64,000 bases of DNA from a bacterium HR37. Its GTDB lineage: Bacteria > Desulfobacterota_D > UBA1144 > Nemesobacterales > CSP1-2. The DNA lies in assembly GCA_002898375.1 (NCBI GenBank), contig BEIN01000014.1, positions 6,712-70,711 on the forward strand. Reading direction: 5' to 3'. The notes below the pieces were generated by a model. That model made no database searches. It was not told the origin of the DNA and was given only the letters and a program-made list of their open reading frames with translations. The stretch's first letter is position 1; each line of letters begins with the position of its first letter. The translations under genes and the position numbers were made by a program. Shown in pieces: positions 10,165 to 19,789 of this stretch.

Positions 10165-10258
10165 ACGATTCTGCTATGTGACCTCTTTGAAATTAAATAA
10201 AGTATTGAAAGCTTGATACGGGTATGTTTATAGTGCGGGTCTCAAAAGGCAAGGTAAG

Positions 10259-10702
10259 ATGGATTTAAAAAAAGGAGTTTACCTTCTTATAACCGAACTT
10301 AGAGAATCAATGTATATAGAAGTGGGAAAGCTTGGGGTGTTTTTCTTTCCGGGTGGCTACTATGTTTATACGGGAAGTGCTATGAACGGAATTAGCCAAA
10401 GGGTAGGGAGGCATGTAAGTCAAAGGAAGAGATTAAGGTGGCATATAGACTACTTTTTAAGGTATGGAGTGGTTAAGGGGATAATTGTTTTAAGTAGTGA
10501 AGATAAGATTGAGTGTAGGGTGAATCAGATGGTTAAGACTCTATTTAAGGGACGGGTAATAGTTCCGGGTTTTGGCTCTAGTGACTGTAAGGAGAAGTGT
10601 GGAAGCCATCTGTTACTCATTGAGAAAGACGGATTTAATCAAGGTTTATTAGAAAAGCTTCTAAACCAAGCAAGGAAGAAATCTTTATTATCGTTTTCAT
10701 AA
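10259..10702 (+). CDS. DUF123 domain protein (GIY-YIG nuclease superfamily)
   Basis: 147 aa; GYYVYTGSA...RHVSQRKRLRWHIDYFL matches the DUF123 signature. Confidence 0.5.
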   Translation: MDLKKGVYLLITELRESMYIEVGKLGVFFFPGGYYVYTGSAMNGISQRVGRHVSQRKRLRWHIDYFLRYGVVKGIIVLSSEDKIECRVNQMVKTLFKGRVIVPGFGSSDCKEKCGSHLLLIEKDGFNQGLLEKLLNQARKKSLLSFS

Positions 10703-10725
10703 GTTACAGTTTATCTTTCAAAGGC

Positions 10726-11727
10726 TTACTTTAAGAAATCAAATAGGGATTGAGAAAGCAACTGAGCTGAGGTTTGTCTTAAAGCCTGGAGTGCAACTTC
10801 AGCTTTTGATAGCTCACTTAGAGCTTCTACTATGTTTGTATCTTCTACACCGGAAAGGAATGTTTTAAAATCTACACTTATATCCTCTAGCCTGCTTGCT
10901 TGTTTGTCCAGACGATTTAGCCTCGCACCAACATCAGAGCGTATATTTACAACTTGATTTATGGCCAGATCTATTGGTTTAAGTAACGATTTAACTTTTA
11001 ATATGTTGTTGTTCTCCAGGGCAGAAGCCAGATGATCCAGAAGCTCCATAAAGTTGGAGAAGCTAAAGGTTTCAATTAACGTAGTGTCTGACTCATGTAT
11101 TTCAACATCTATATCCGTTCCATTCTGCCTGTATACTATGTATCTGCCGTCTTCTAACGATACCGTATCATCTGCTGTCAGGGTATACCGGAAAACATCT
11201 ATTCCTGTAACGTTTACTGGTAAAAGGGTTGATTGATCTATCATTACGTTTATGATTCCGGAGTCACCTTGATATGTGAGTGTGGAGGAATCAAAGGCTT
11301 TTTTATCTGTTTTAAAACCTGAGAATATGTATCTATCCATTAGTTTGCTATTTGAAAGATCAAGCAAATGATCTCTTAAATTGGCGACTTCTTCTGCTAT
11401 AGATTTCCGTGACTCTGCATCAAGGGAACCTGTTGCGCTATTTAGCCCAAGTTCCTTTGCTCTTATTAGGGTATCCAGTATCGATGCAAGCACGTTCTCG
11501 GTAAAGTTTAAAAACGTTTGTGCTTCATCAATATTTTTCTTGAATTGCTCAGTTGAACTGATATTCAACCTGTAGTCCATTGCCTTTATCATACCCAATA
11601 CATCATCTGAGGGTTTCCCGATTCTTTTTCCACTCGATATCTGGTTGTTGTATTTTAGAATCCTCTCAATACTGCGTTCAACTGAGCTTTTTAGTTGTTC
11701 AAATATCATTAAAGATGAAACTCTCAT
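10726..11727 (-). CDS. flgL: flagellar hook-associated protein 3
   Basis: 333 aa with flagellin-like N- and C-terminal helical domains; follows flgK. Confidence 0.8.
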   Translation of the reverse strand: MRVSSLMIFEQLKSSVERSIERILKYNNQISSGKRIGKPSDDVLGMIKAMDYRLNISSTEQFKKNIDEAQTFLNFTENVLASILDTLIRAKELGLNSATGSLDAESRKSIAEEVANLRDHLLDLSNSKLMDRYIFSGFKTDKKAFDSSTLTYQGDSGIINVMIDQSTLLPVNVTGIDVFRYTLTADDTVSLEDGRYIVYRQNGTDIDVEIHESDTTLIETFSFSNFMELLDHLASALENNNILKVKSLLKPIDLAINQVVNIRSDVGARLNRLDKQASRLEDISVDFKTFLSGVEDTNIVEALSELSKAEVALQALRQTSAQLLSQSLFDFLK

Positions 11728-13340
11728 AGCTCTATTATGGTTTGTAAAAGTTCATCTGTTACCTTTATTATTCTTGCTCCAGCTTCAAAAGCCCTTTGAA
11801 ACCTTATTAAATTTATTGCTTCTTCATCTAGGGAAACACCGGATATAGACTCCCGCCTGTTCTTTACATCCTCCAGTAGGGTGTTATCAAATTTAAGATT
11901 ATCTGAAGCAGCTTTGCTAACCGTACCGGTATTGGATACAATCTCTCTTAGATAGTCTGTAAACGTTATATTCCCAAGGTTTGATAAAGGACTGTGAAAC
12001 AACTCTACAATCTGAAGGGCATTCTGATTATCACCTGGAAGTCCCGTATCGGAGGATGCAGAAGCTACCTTTCGAGGATCTGAAATTGCTACATCAAAAT
12101 TCTCTATAGCATCTTCCAGAGGACTTACAATAAATTCATCACTGGGGGTTACCGTTCCGGTAATAACCACTTCTATTCCATCAAATACAATAGGGTTTCC
12201 AGAGATATATGTACCTGATGTGATAAGGGTATCAGTTTGTCTGTTGTATACGTAGTAATCTGTACTATCAAAGGTTATGTAATATTCATCAAGGGTAATT
12301 GACGAGTGATCCAGGATGGTTGCAGTTATATCTGCTCCTGTAGAAAAATCCATTGTAGATAATTCAAGCTGGTTGAAGAAATCATTTTCCGTAGATGAGT
12401 CAAGCCCGTATCCCTGTCTGTGAAGCAGGTTTATCTCTTTAATCAGGGAGGCTACAAGCTTTCTGAGATCGTGCAGGGGGTGGGATTCTATGTAATCTCT
12501 AACTGAAAGCAGCCCACCTAATCTTCCCCTGAGAACATTTGGGGTTATGTTTAGCTTATCAATATATATTTCACGATTTCCGAATCTATTTTTTACGGTG
12601 TATATTGGATTTACGTTTTCTCCTGAAACCAGATTTCTCATTCCTACGGTAACGGTAACAGAGCCGTTTTTATCTTCATATACCGATATATTTACAAGCT
12701 TTGAGAGTTCTTCTAGGAGCCTATCCCTTTCATCTCTTAAATCCAGTGCTTTTTCCTGATTGAGACCTGCTTCTATTTGGACTATCTTATCGTTAAGTTC
12801 TGCTATATGTGAGGCAATGGTATTTATCTGTTTAACTGTGTTTTCTATATCTTCGTTAATGTGTTTTAACGTGGATATGATCCTTGATTCCATGTTTTTT
12901 GCTGTGTTTACGACGGAACGAGCTCTCTCAATTAGGACCTCTCGTTGCGGTATACTTTGGGGGTTTGTTGAAACATCATTCCATGCATTAAAGAACTCTG
13001 AAAGCATGGATTCAAGTCCTGTGTCCCCTGCTTCGTTAAATATCTGCTCGATCTGTTCTAGGATCTCCATCATAACAGCGGACCTTCCATGGTTCTGGTT
13101 CTGTGTAAGTAACTGAGATTGAATGAATCTGTTGTAAATCCTTCTTATATCTGAAACAACTACCCCTCTTCCGATAAATCCACCTCTTATGGCTACGGGA
13201 GTTGCTATACTGAGGATAACCTCTTTTCTATTGTATCCCGGTGTGTTTACGTTTGCTATGTTATTGCTTGTTACATTAAGGGCTGTCTGGCTTGTAAGTA
13301 TTGCTGATTTCCCTATCTCAAAAAGCCCAAAAATAGACAT
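11724..13340 (-). CDS. flgK: flagellar hook-associated protein 1
   Basis: 538 aa; N-terminal ALNVTSNNIANVNTPGYNRKEV rod/hook family motif; C-terminal conserved helix. Confidence 0.85.
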   Translation of the reverse strand: MSIFGLFEIGKSAILTSQTALNVTSNNIANVNTPGYNRKEVILSIATPVAIRGGFIGRGVVVSDIRRIYNRFIQSQLLTQNQNHGRSAVMMEILEQIEQIFNEAGDTGLESMLSEFFNAWNDVSTNPQSIPQREVLIERARSVVNTAKNMESRIISTLKHINEDIENTVKQINTIASHIAELNDKIVQIEAGLNQEKALDLRDERDRLLEELSKLVNISVYEDKNGSVTVTVGMRNLVSGENVNPIYTVKNRFGNREIYIDKLNITPNVLRGRLGGLLSVRDYIESHPLHDLRKLVASLIKEINLLHRQGYGLDSSTENDFFNQLELSTMDFSTGADITATILDHSSITLDEYYITFDSTDYYVYNRQTDTLITSGTYISGNPIVFDGIEVVITGTVTPSDEFIVSPLEDAIENFDVAISDPRKVASASSDTGLPGDNQNALQIVELFHSPLSNLGNITFTDYLREIVSNTGTVSKAASDNLKFDNTLLEDVKNRRESISGVSLDEEAINLIRFQRAFEAGARIIKVTDELLQTIIEL

Positions 13341-13789
13341 TAAGCTTTCCTCGAAAGCGTTGTTTCTCTAAACTTTGTCTCTATTCCAGATGCCTTTAGA
13401 AAAGCCAGGGAACTTTTTACAAAGCTCAGGGAGCGCTCTATAAGAATGCCATTAAATTCGTTTAGCTCCTCTATGCTCTGAAGCATGGAGATCAGCTTTA
13501 ATCTCATATCCTTTAGCGTTTCGTCTCCCGTTAACTCATAGAGTCTCTGTAGGGTTATCTCTTTTGCATCTTTGTCATCTTGTAGAAGCTCTCTAAGAAG
13601 GTTCATGCGTTCGTGCTCAAATAGCCTTAACTTGAGGATAAGAGTATCTTTTTCCTTTGATAGGTTTTCTATTCCGGTTATGTTTAGTTCTATAAGATAG
13701 TCTTTTTCCCTGCGGAGCAGCTCAATAAGCTCACCGTATCCCTTTATTTCTTCATTCAGAATGTTTTTAAGCTTTGTTATGTTGCTCAT
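13340..13789 (-). CDS. flgN: FlgN-like flagellar export chaperone
   Basis: 149 aa helical protein between flgM and flgK (conserved synteny); sequence similarity is weak. Confidence 0.45.
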   Translation of the reverse strand: MSNITKLKNILNEEIKGYGELIELLRREKDYLIELNITGIENLSKEKDTLILKLRLFEHERMNLLRELLQDDKDAKEITLQRLYELTGDETLKDMRLKLISMLQSIEELNEFNGILIERSLSFVKSSLAFLKASGIETKFRETTLSRKA

Positions 13790-14070
13790 ATCTCTCTAAG
13801 AATCTTTTCTGCAATTTTTAAAGAGTCTATTTTGTAATTGCCTGATTCTATTGACTTCTTAATCTCTTCAAGCTTTTCTTTTCTTACTTCCGGTATCTGG
13901 TTGATCAGCGCCATAAGTTCTTTCATCTTTCCTGAAATCTCAACCCTGTCTTTTGCTGCTGTTTCCTCAACATTGCCTGAGGATACCTTATTTTTGACAC
14001 CGGAGCTTTTTTGAACAGTTACCGAGCCGGGTTCATTTGGGGTTGGTGGTTTGTTCCCATATATTTTCAT
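13786..14070 (-). CDS. flgM: anti-sigma-28 factor FlgM
   Basis: 94 aa; DRVEISGKMKEL and C-terminal KIDSLKIAEKILREI match the FlgM family; upstream of flgN-flgK. Confidence 0.65.
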   Translation of the reverse strand: MKIYGNKPPTPNEPGSVTVQKSSGVKNKVSSGNVEETAAKDRVEISGKMKELMALINQIPEVRKEKLEEIKKSIESGNYKIDSLKIAEKILREI

Positions 14071-15020
14071 TATCCCCCCTCCCTAATGGAAGCAGTTATA
14101 CTCATCTTATCGGAAGATTCCTCAAATTCTTTAATAAGTTCTAAAGGATTTATACTCTTGCCATGGTATATTACTTCAAGGTGCAGGTGGGGTCCAGTGC
14201 TTGTTCCTGTATTGCCAAGTATTGCTATAGGGGTGTTAGAATCTACACTATCTCCTTCTTTAACAAGGTTTGCTTTGTTATGTGCGTACTTGCTTACCAG
14301 CCCATTTCCATGGTCTATGACTATAACATTACCGTATCCCGGCTTTTCCCCGCTAAAAATCACCTTACCTTCCTTTATCGGGCGTATTTCTGTGCCAATT
14401 GGAGCTGCTATATCAATACCCTTATGAAAATCCATATTCCCGTATACTGGATGGAAACGCATACCAAAGTGTGAGCTTATTCTACCGTTAACAGGTGGTG
14501 AGAAGGAACCACCATCGGGTTTTTTAATAGTTGAGTTTGTGTTTTTATATTGGTTTAACTTCTTATAAGCTAGTCTGGATTCACCGATAGGGGATGAGGA
14601 TAAGTTGTAATCCCTTTGTGCGCCTTTGGGTTTTATTCTCTCCCCGGAAATCTGCTTTGCGTCTAAAGGGGTATTTGTCTTTTCGTTATCCATATTACCA
14701 ATTCTTTTCTCCAACTCTCTAACCAGTATGTCCTGAAGGCCTATTCCTCTCTGGGAGAGGACCCTTGCAAGCTCTAGATCAAACATGCTTGTATTTACCT
14801 CTTTCCCAAAGTCACTTTTTGTTTCCACTGTGCTTCTCATTGCCTTTATCATCTCATATATAAAGAGTGATTCCATTTCCCTTGCAACGGATTTTATAAC
14901 CTGGGGGGAGATCTTTGACTTATCCTGTACCAAGCCCTTAAGCTCCTGCAGGTTTCTGTAGTAGGTAGCCGAAGTGTTTTGGTAAAGCTCTGACCTAAAA
15001 CCTGTTTTAACACTCATCAT
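14070..15020 (-). CDS. flgJ: FlgJ: N-terminal rod-binding domain fused to a C-terminal peptidase M23 (LytM) domain
   Basis: N-terminal REMESLFIYEMIKAMR (Rod_binding); C-terminal HKGIDIAAPIGTEI...GNVIVIDHGNG...GTSTGPHLHLEV (M23 zinc-binding HxxxD...HxH). Confidence 0.75.
   Translation of the reverse strand: MMSVKTGFRSELYQNTSATYYRNLQELKGLVQDKSKISPQVIKSVAREMESLFIYEMIKAMRSTVETKSDFGKEVNTSMFDLELARVLSQRGIGLQDILVRELEKRIGNMDNEKTNTPLDAKQISGERIKPKGAQRDYNLSSSPIGESRLAYKKLNQYKNTNSTIKKPDGGSFSPPVNGRISSHFGMRFHPVYGNMDFHKGIDIAAPIGTEIRPIKEGKVIFSGEKPGYGNVIVIDHGNGLVSKYAHNKANLVKEGDSVDSNTPIAILGNTGTSTGPHLHLEVIYHGKSINPLELIKEFEESSDKMSITASIREGG
14106..14133 (-). promoter_or_regulatory. sigma28-type promoter TAAAGAAT-N11-TCCGATAA upstream of flgM (inside the 3' end of flgJ)
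   Basis: Read from the reverse complement; ~30 nt upstream of the flgM start. Confidence 0.4.
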
Positions 15021-16150
15021 ATTATCTCAAGTTCTCCTCTTAGTGCTCCTGCTGCTTTTAGTGCCTGAAGTATGGATATAAGGTCTCTGGGGGTTACCCC
15101 AAGTGCGTTTAGTGCTTTAACAACCTCACCAAGAGTAGCTCCGGAGACCTCAACAAGTGATGCTTTTTTTTCCTCAACCCTTACTTCCCTCTGCGGAACG
15201 ATGACGGTTTCTGACCCTGGGGGAGCAAATGGTGGCGGTTGGGACACACCAAATTCGGTCTTTATCTCTATTGTCAGGTCCCCGTGGGCAATTGCAACTG
15301 GGTATACCTTTACTCTCTCTCCGATTATTACCGTTCCGGTTCTTTCGTTTATTATCACGCGTGCTGAGGTGTCAACAGGAACATCGAGTTTCTCTATATC
15401 TGTTACAAACCCTACGGTGTTTTCTCTATATTCCTCTGGTATTTTAACGGTTACTGTTGCAGGATCTACAGGTATTGCATACTCTGCATTATAGGTTGTA
15501 TTAATTTTTTTTGCTATCTCAGATGCCAGGGAAAAATCGGGTCTATCAAGTAGTATCCTTATTTCGTTAGTATTGCCCCATACGAATGGCAGTTCTCTTT
15601 CTATTATAACTCCTCCGGGGACCTTTCCGGTTGTCGGGAAGTTCTTCTGGGTTCGTGTTCCTCCCCTACCTCCTATAAATCCCCCTACAGAAACTGGCCC
15701 CTGGGCAAGTGCATATACTATACCGTCGGGTCCTTTAAGCGGGGTAAGAAGAAGGGTTCCTCCCTGAAGGCTTTTTGCATCACCAATTGTGGAGACCAGG
15801 GCATCAACCTTCATCCCCAATTTGGCAAATGGCGGAATTGTAGCGGTTACCATAACGGCAGCAACGTTTTTGGCCTTTATATCTTTGGGTCTAACGGTAA
15901 GGTTCATTCTCTGAAGCATGTTTGCAATGCTCTGCAGTGTGGCAATTCCTTTATCACCCGTACCATTAAGACCCACAACAAGACCATACCCTATAAGCTG
16001 GACTTCCCTTACACCCTCAATTGTTGCTATTTCCTTGATCTGTTCTGAACGCGCAACCTTACCTATTAAGAGGCACAGAACCACACAGTATGCGGTTGTG
16101 GCGATTTTTAGGGTATTTATTTTCTTCTTACAGGCTGTTAACACAAGCAA
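15017..16150 (-). CDS. flgI: flagellar P-ring protein
   Basis: 377 aa, signal peptide, LVVGLNGTGDKG family motif. Confidence 0.85.
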   Translation of the reverse strand: MLVLTACKKKINTLKIATTAYCVVLCLLIGKVARSEQIKEIATIEGVREVQLIGYGLVVGLNGTGDKGIATLQSIANMLQRMNLTVRPKDIKAKNVAAVMVTATIPPFAKLGMKVDALVSTIGDAKSLQGGTLLLTPLKGPDGIVYALAQGPVSVGGFIGGRGGTRTQKNFPTTGKVPGGVIIERELPFVWGNTNEIRILLDRPDFSLASEIAKKINTTYNAEYAIPVDPATVTVKIPEEYRENTVGFVTDIEKLDVPVDTSARVIINERTGTVIIGERVKVYPVAIAHGDLTIEIKTEFGVSQPPPFAPPGSETVIVPQREVRVEEKKASLVEVSGATLGEVVKALNALGVTPRDLISILQALKAAGALRGELEII

Positions 16151-16159
16151 CCTCCCTGT

Positions 16160-16891
16160 CTAAAAAGGCCATATCTTATCAAGTATTCTTATAACCCAGC
16201 CAGGTCTCTGCTTGTCCTGGATAACTCCTCTGCCTACCAGGTATATCTCAGCATCTGCAACCCTGCTACTTAGAACTGTGTTATCGGGTGCAATGTCTTC
16301 TGGTCTTATCATCCCTCTTAGGATGAAAATCTGTTTCTCGTTATTTATGGTAACTTCTTTTCTGGATTCTATAACAAAGTTTCCGTTTGGCATTACCTCT
16401 ACAACCCTTGCGGTTATGGTTCCTACGAGCCTGCTACCCCGTGTGGTTTTTCCCTTTCCCTTAAAGTCGTTCTGCATGGAACCTTTTACATTAGAGGAGG
16501 GGGAAAACACATTGTAGAAGTTTAGGTTTATATCTTCTATCCCGAAGAAGTTCTCTATACCGGCTTCAAGGCTGGAGTCTCTGCTTGTAGATGTATCTGC
16601 TGTACCAGAACCGGAGAAATTCTCAACAACCTTTATCGTTACTATATCGTTTAAACCTATAGCCTTTACATCACCGTAAAGATTTGATGTATTTTGTAGG
16701 AGTGTGTTCCCGGCAGGAGTCCTTATCCTCTCTTTTTCTGTAGAGTTTTCTCCCTTATAAACGTATTTTGGAGGAGGTGGTGGAAGCTTACCTCCACAGG
16801 CAAACGCAAAGAGTAAAGGGATGATAAGCCAGAAAAAGTTTTTAAGTTCTTTTCCGTACCCTCTAGTACTCAACTTCAACTGTATTTTCAT
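16160..16891 (-). CDS. flgH: flagellar L-ring lipoprotein
   Basis: 243 aa; lipobox FAFACGG; FlgH core NFSGSGTADTS...IVTIKVVE. Confidence 0.85.
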   Translation of the reverse strand: MKIQLKLSTRGYGKELKNFFWLIIPLLFAFACGGKLPPPPPKYVYKGENSTEKERIRTPAGNTLLQNTSNLYGDVKAIGLNDIVTIKVVENFSGSGTADTSTSRDSSLEAGIENFFGIEDINLNFYNVFSPSSNVKGSMQNDFKGKGKTTRGSRLVGTITARVVEVMPNGNFVIESRKEVTINNEKQIFILRGMIRPEDIAPDNTVLSSRVADAEIYLVGRGVIQDKQRPGWVIRILDKIWPF

Positions 16892-17504
16892 CTATTAAAA
16901 CACCTTGTATTATCTTTCTTGATGAAACATTAACTACCTTTACATAGTCCCCAACATAGCCGTCCTCTTTTAATTCCCCAACTGTAGAAGCCGTTATGTT
17001 TGGTGAGTTCACCACAATGGTTACCCTGTGCCCCCTTTTAATCTTTGTTCTGTTCTCTAGAATGTATTCCGATATCGGGGTATTTGCAACAATAGAACGT
17101 ACTAACCTTTTGCCTATTGCTTCTCTAAAGTCTCCTATTAGTGCACCTTTTGGTATTCTGTCAACCTCAACCGGTGTTAAGTAGAGATCTTCTCCTTCTA
17201 TAATGTGGCCCTTTCTAAGTGCTCTTCTACTCATTACAACTAGATCAAAGGCTCTCACCTGGGTGTATAAAGTTGCCCTTTCTCCGTTTTCAAACTCCAG
17301 CTTGAGTACGGTTTTACCAGGAGGTCCCTTTATCACCTTTATGCTCTTTGGCGGTGTGTCTGGAAGGCTATTGCTTGTTTCGATCTCACCTATTTCTATC
17401 CTTGCCCACGGATAGTTGTTCTTAATGTGTGTTGCTACGGTGCTTTTTATATCCCAGGATAGGTTCTGATTACATAGCAGCAGTATCATCAGGACCTTAA
17501 ACAT
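16863..17504 (-). CDS. flgA: flagellar basal-body P-ring formation chaperone FlgA
   Basis: 213 aa, signal peptide, SAF/FlgA C-terminal domain. Confidence 0.7.
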   Translation of the reverse strand: MFKVLMILLLCNQNLSWDIKSTVATHIKNNYPWARIEIGEIETSNSLPDTPPKSIKVIKGPPGKTVLKLEFENGERATLYTQVRAFDLVVMSRRALRKGHIIEGEDLYLTPVEVDRIPKGALIGDFREAIGKRLVRSIVANTPISEYILENRTKIKRGHRVTIVVNSPNITASTVGELKEDGYVGDYVKVVNVSSRKIIQGVLIDENTVEVEY

Positions 17505-17512
17505 ACTTGCTC

Positions 17513-18301
17513 TTACCTCTTCATATTATTTGCAGTCTGCATCATTTCATCTGATGCCTGAACCGCTTTTGAGTTCATCTCATAAGCCCTCTGGCTTATT
17601 ATCATGTTTATCATCTCCTCTACTATGTTTACGTTACTCAGCTCAATAAAACCTTGGGAGATTGTTCCAATCCCTTCATTCCCCGGAATATCAGTAATGG
17701 GATCACCTGATGAAGCCGTTGGTATAAAAAGGCCTCTGCCTATGGCTTTAAGCCCTGCAGGATTTATAAACCGGGCCAACTCTATTTGTCCTATCTCAGT
17801 GGGTTCGGTGCTTCCTGCTTCCACTACACTTATTATTCCATCCGAACCTATTGTTATGCTAAGTGTGTCAGGAGGAATAGCTATTTCGGGTTCAAGTGCA
17901 TAGCCATCTGAATTGACAATTCTTCCCTCACTGTCAAGCTTAAAGCTTCCACCCCTTGTGTATGCTATGGTTCCATCAGGCATAAGTATCTGAAAGAACC
18001 CATCTCCTTCTATGACAAGATCCAATGGGTTTCCCGTATGAATAAAGTCCCCCTGCTGAAAAACCTTCTGTATCGCAACCGGTCTAACTCCCAATCCCAG
18101 CTGTATGCCGGAAGGGATTTCTGAACCTTCGGTTGATAGAGCTCCAGGTGTTCTTAGGTCTTGGTATATTAACTCTTGAAAATCAGCTCTGCTTTTTTTG
18201 TAGCCTACCGTATTTGCATTGGCAAGGTTGTTGGCTACCACATCTATATTCAACTTCTGTGCTTGCATTCCCGTTGCGGCTATAAATAGAGACCTTATCA
18301 T
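17513..18301 (-). CDS. flgG: flagellar basal-body rod protein
   Basis: 262 aa; [15 protein letters not shown]...[13 protein letters not shown] and C-terminal rod-family helix. Confidence 0.9.
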   Translation of the reverse strand: MIRSLFIAATGMQAQKLNIDVVANNLANANTVGYKKSRADFQELIYQDLRTPGALSTEGSEIPSGIQLGLGVRPVAIQKVFQQGDFIHTGNPLDLVIEGDGFFQILMPDGTIAYTRGGSFKLDSEGRIVNSDGYALEPEIAIPPDTLSITIGSDGIISVVEAGSTEPTEIGQIELARFINPAGLKAIGRGLFIPTASSGDPITDIPGNEGIGTISQGFIELSNVNIVEEMINMIISQRAYEMNSKAVQASDEMMQTANNMKR

Positions 18302-18327
18302 ATTGGTACCCTCTTTATTTATTAGGT

Positions 18328-19053
18328 TTAAATACGAGCGATCTCATTATTTACCTTTGCAGATGCTTCATCAAACATCTGAATTGCCTTTTGATAGGTT
18401 TCAAATTCCCTAAGGGTTTCTATCATCTTAAACATTTCCATCACTATATCTACATTTGAGGTCTCCAGATATCCCTGCTTTACTAAAGCGTTTGCTTTTA
18501 CCGGGTTATCATTTGTTGAAAATGCCTCTTCTCCTATCTTGGTAAGGTTATCTTTTTTAGGAAAATCAACGACCTGTATGGAGTCTATCTCTACCCCATC
18601 CACAATCACTGTGCCAGCTTCGTCTATTCGTATATCTCTTCCACGGGGTAACTTTATCGGACCATTCCTTCCAAGAACCTTCTTACCATTGTAGTTTGTA
18701 AGAAACCCTTCTCTGTCTATTCTTAGATCCCCTCTTCTGGTGTATAAGTTACCTTCAAGAGCAATAAAGCCACTTCCCTCAAGTGCTATATCGAGTGGAT
18801 TACCTGTGTAGAAGTTGTTTCCATTTGAGAAGTCAATGCTGTAAGATGATATATGGCTCATAACCCTTCCATCTGCTTTATCGCCTTGGGCTGAAACTAG
18901 GTAGTCTTTAAAAGATATACTTGCTTTTCTGTATCCTGTTGTGTTTACATTAGCCAGGTTCTGGGTGATGATCTCCATCTGTTTTTGCTTTAATACAGCT
19001 CCTGAAAGCGCTATGTATATCCCTTTGTACATCTTACTCTGGGTGGTATGCAA
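18328..19053 (-). CDS. flgF: flagellar basal-body rod protein FlgF
   Basis: ORF-track start is TTG at 19053; the true start is probably ATG ~19032 ([12 protein letters not shown]...[13 protein letters not shown]). Confidence 0.85.
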   Translation of the reverse strand: MHTTQSKMYKGIYIALSGAVLKQKQMEIITQNLANVNTTGYRKASISFKDYLVSAQGDKADGRVMSHISSYSIDFSNGNNFYTGNPLDIALEGSGFIALEGNLYTRRGDLRIDREGFLTNYNGKKVLGRNGPIKLPRGRDIRIDEAGTVIVDGVEIDSIQVVDFPKKDNLTKIGEEAFSTNDNPVKANALVKQGYLETSNVDIVMEMFKMIETLREFETYQKAIQMFDEASAKVNNEIARI

Positions 19054-19064
19054 AATAGGTGCCA
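19050..19064 (-). promoter_or_regulatory. sigma54 promoter TGGCAC-CTATT-TTGCA (minus strand) upstream of flgF-flgG-flgA-flgH-flgI-flgJ
   Basis: Forward strand reads GCAAAATAGGTGCCA; perfect -24/-12 consensus with N5 spacing. Confidence 0.6.
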
Positions 19065-19159
19065 GTTTAGATTGGCTGTGTATAGGCGTATGTTGGAGTA
19101 TTTATCTGGGGTAACAAAGGGAAAAAATTACTGTTTGAAGCAATTTTTGCCTGGTGCTC

Positions 19160-19528
19160 TTATCTATTAAGATTTAGGATCAGTTCAACCTCCCCTACAG
19201 TCATTCCAAGTTTATCTGCTATCTCCTGGGCATTTAACCCTTCTTCGGAGAGTAAGATAACCTCTTTTCTTCTATCTATTTCCTTTTTTAAACTGGATGT
19301 TACGGATTCAGCTTGATTTATTAACTCCCTTAATACCTCTATTTTCTCGTTTGCTGAGTCTTCCAGAGTCTTTAGGGTCTTAACCTTGTCCTCTATCTTT
19401 TTAAATATTATGTCCGCAATTTCTTTAACCTCTAATAGTTCGGTCTCAAGCAGTTTAATATCATCACTCCTTATGCCTTCTTTTGTTTCTTTTTCTTTGT
19501 TTCTCTTTATAAAGATCTTCTTTGACAT
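19160..19528 (-). CDS. coiled-coil protein with C-terminal HTH (sigma70 region-4-like), putative regulator
   Basis: 122 aa; Lys/Glu-rich helix then LSEEGLNAQEIADKLGMTVGEVELILNL; no family recognised. Confidence 0.3.
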   Translation of the reverse strand: MSKKIFIKRNKEKETKEGIRSDDIKLLETELLEVKEIADIIFKKIEDKVKTLKTLEDSANEKIEVLRELINQAESVTSSLKKEIDRRKEVILLSEEGLNAQEIADKLGMTVGEVELILNLNR

Positions 19529-19756
19529 CTTAGGCTTTAATATCTATCTTCTTTGTTTTTTTATTCTGGTTCCCTTTATCTTTCCTGTTCTTATCCTGTT
19601 TTCCCTGGTGTTCTTTTTCCCTCTGTGTCGGCCTGATAAAGGCTATCCTTTTTGTAGCTTCTACACTCATCTTACCCCAAATTATATCACAAACTCATAA
19701 TAAGCATAAATACTCCAGTTCTGGTTTGCATAGCAGGTTAAATTAAATAGCCATTA

Positions 19757-19772
19757 TGGCACATTTATTGCA
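19757..19772 (+). promoter_or_regulatory. sigma54 promoter TGGCAC-ATTTA-TTGCA upstream of fliK-flgD-flgE
   Basis: Perfect consensus read directly; ends 18 nt before the annotated fliK ATG. Confidence 0.6.
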
Positions 19773-19789
19773 AAAAAAATCTTATAAAT

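Noticed and set aside
14011-18413. Antisense ORFs inside flgJ (14011-14427, 14163-14474) and inside flgI, flgH, flgA, flgG and flgF
   Set aside because: Embedded shadows of highly conserved flagellar genes.
19386-19700. 104-aa plus-strand ORF rich in Phe/Leu/Ser
   Set aside because: Translation of the polypyrimidine strand of the purine-rich leader and the 5' end of the 19160-19528 gene; a composition artefact.
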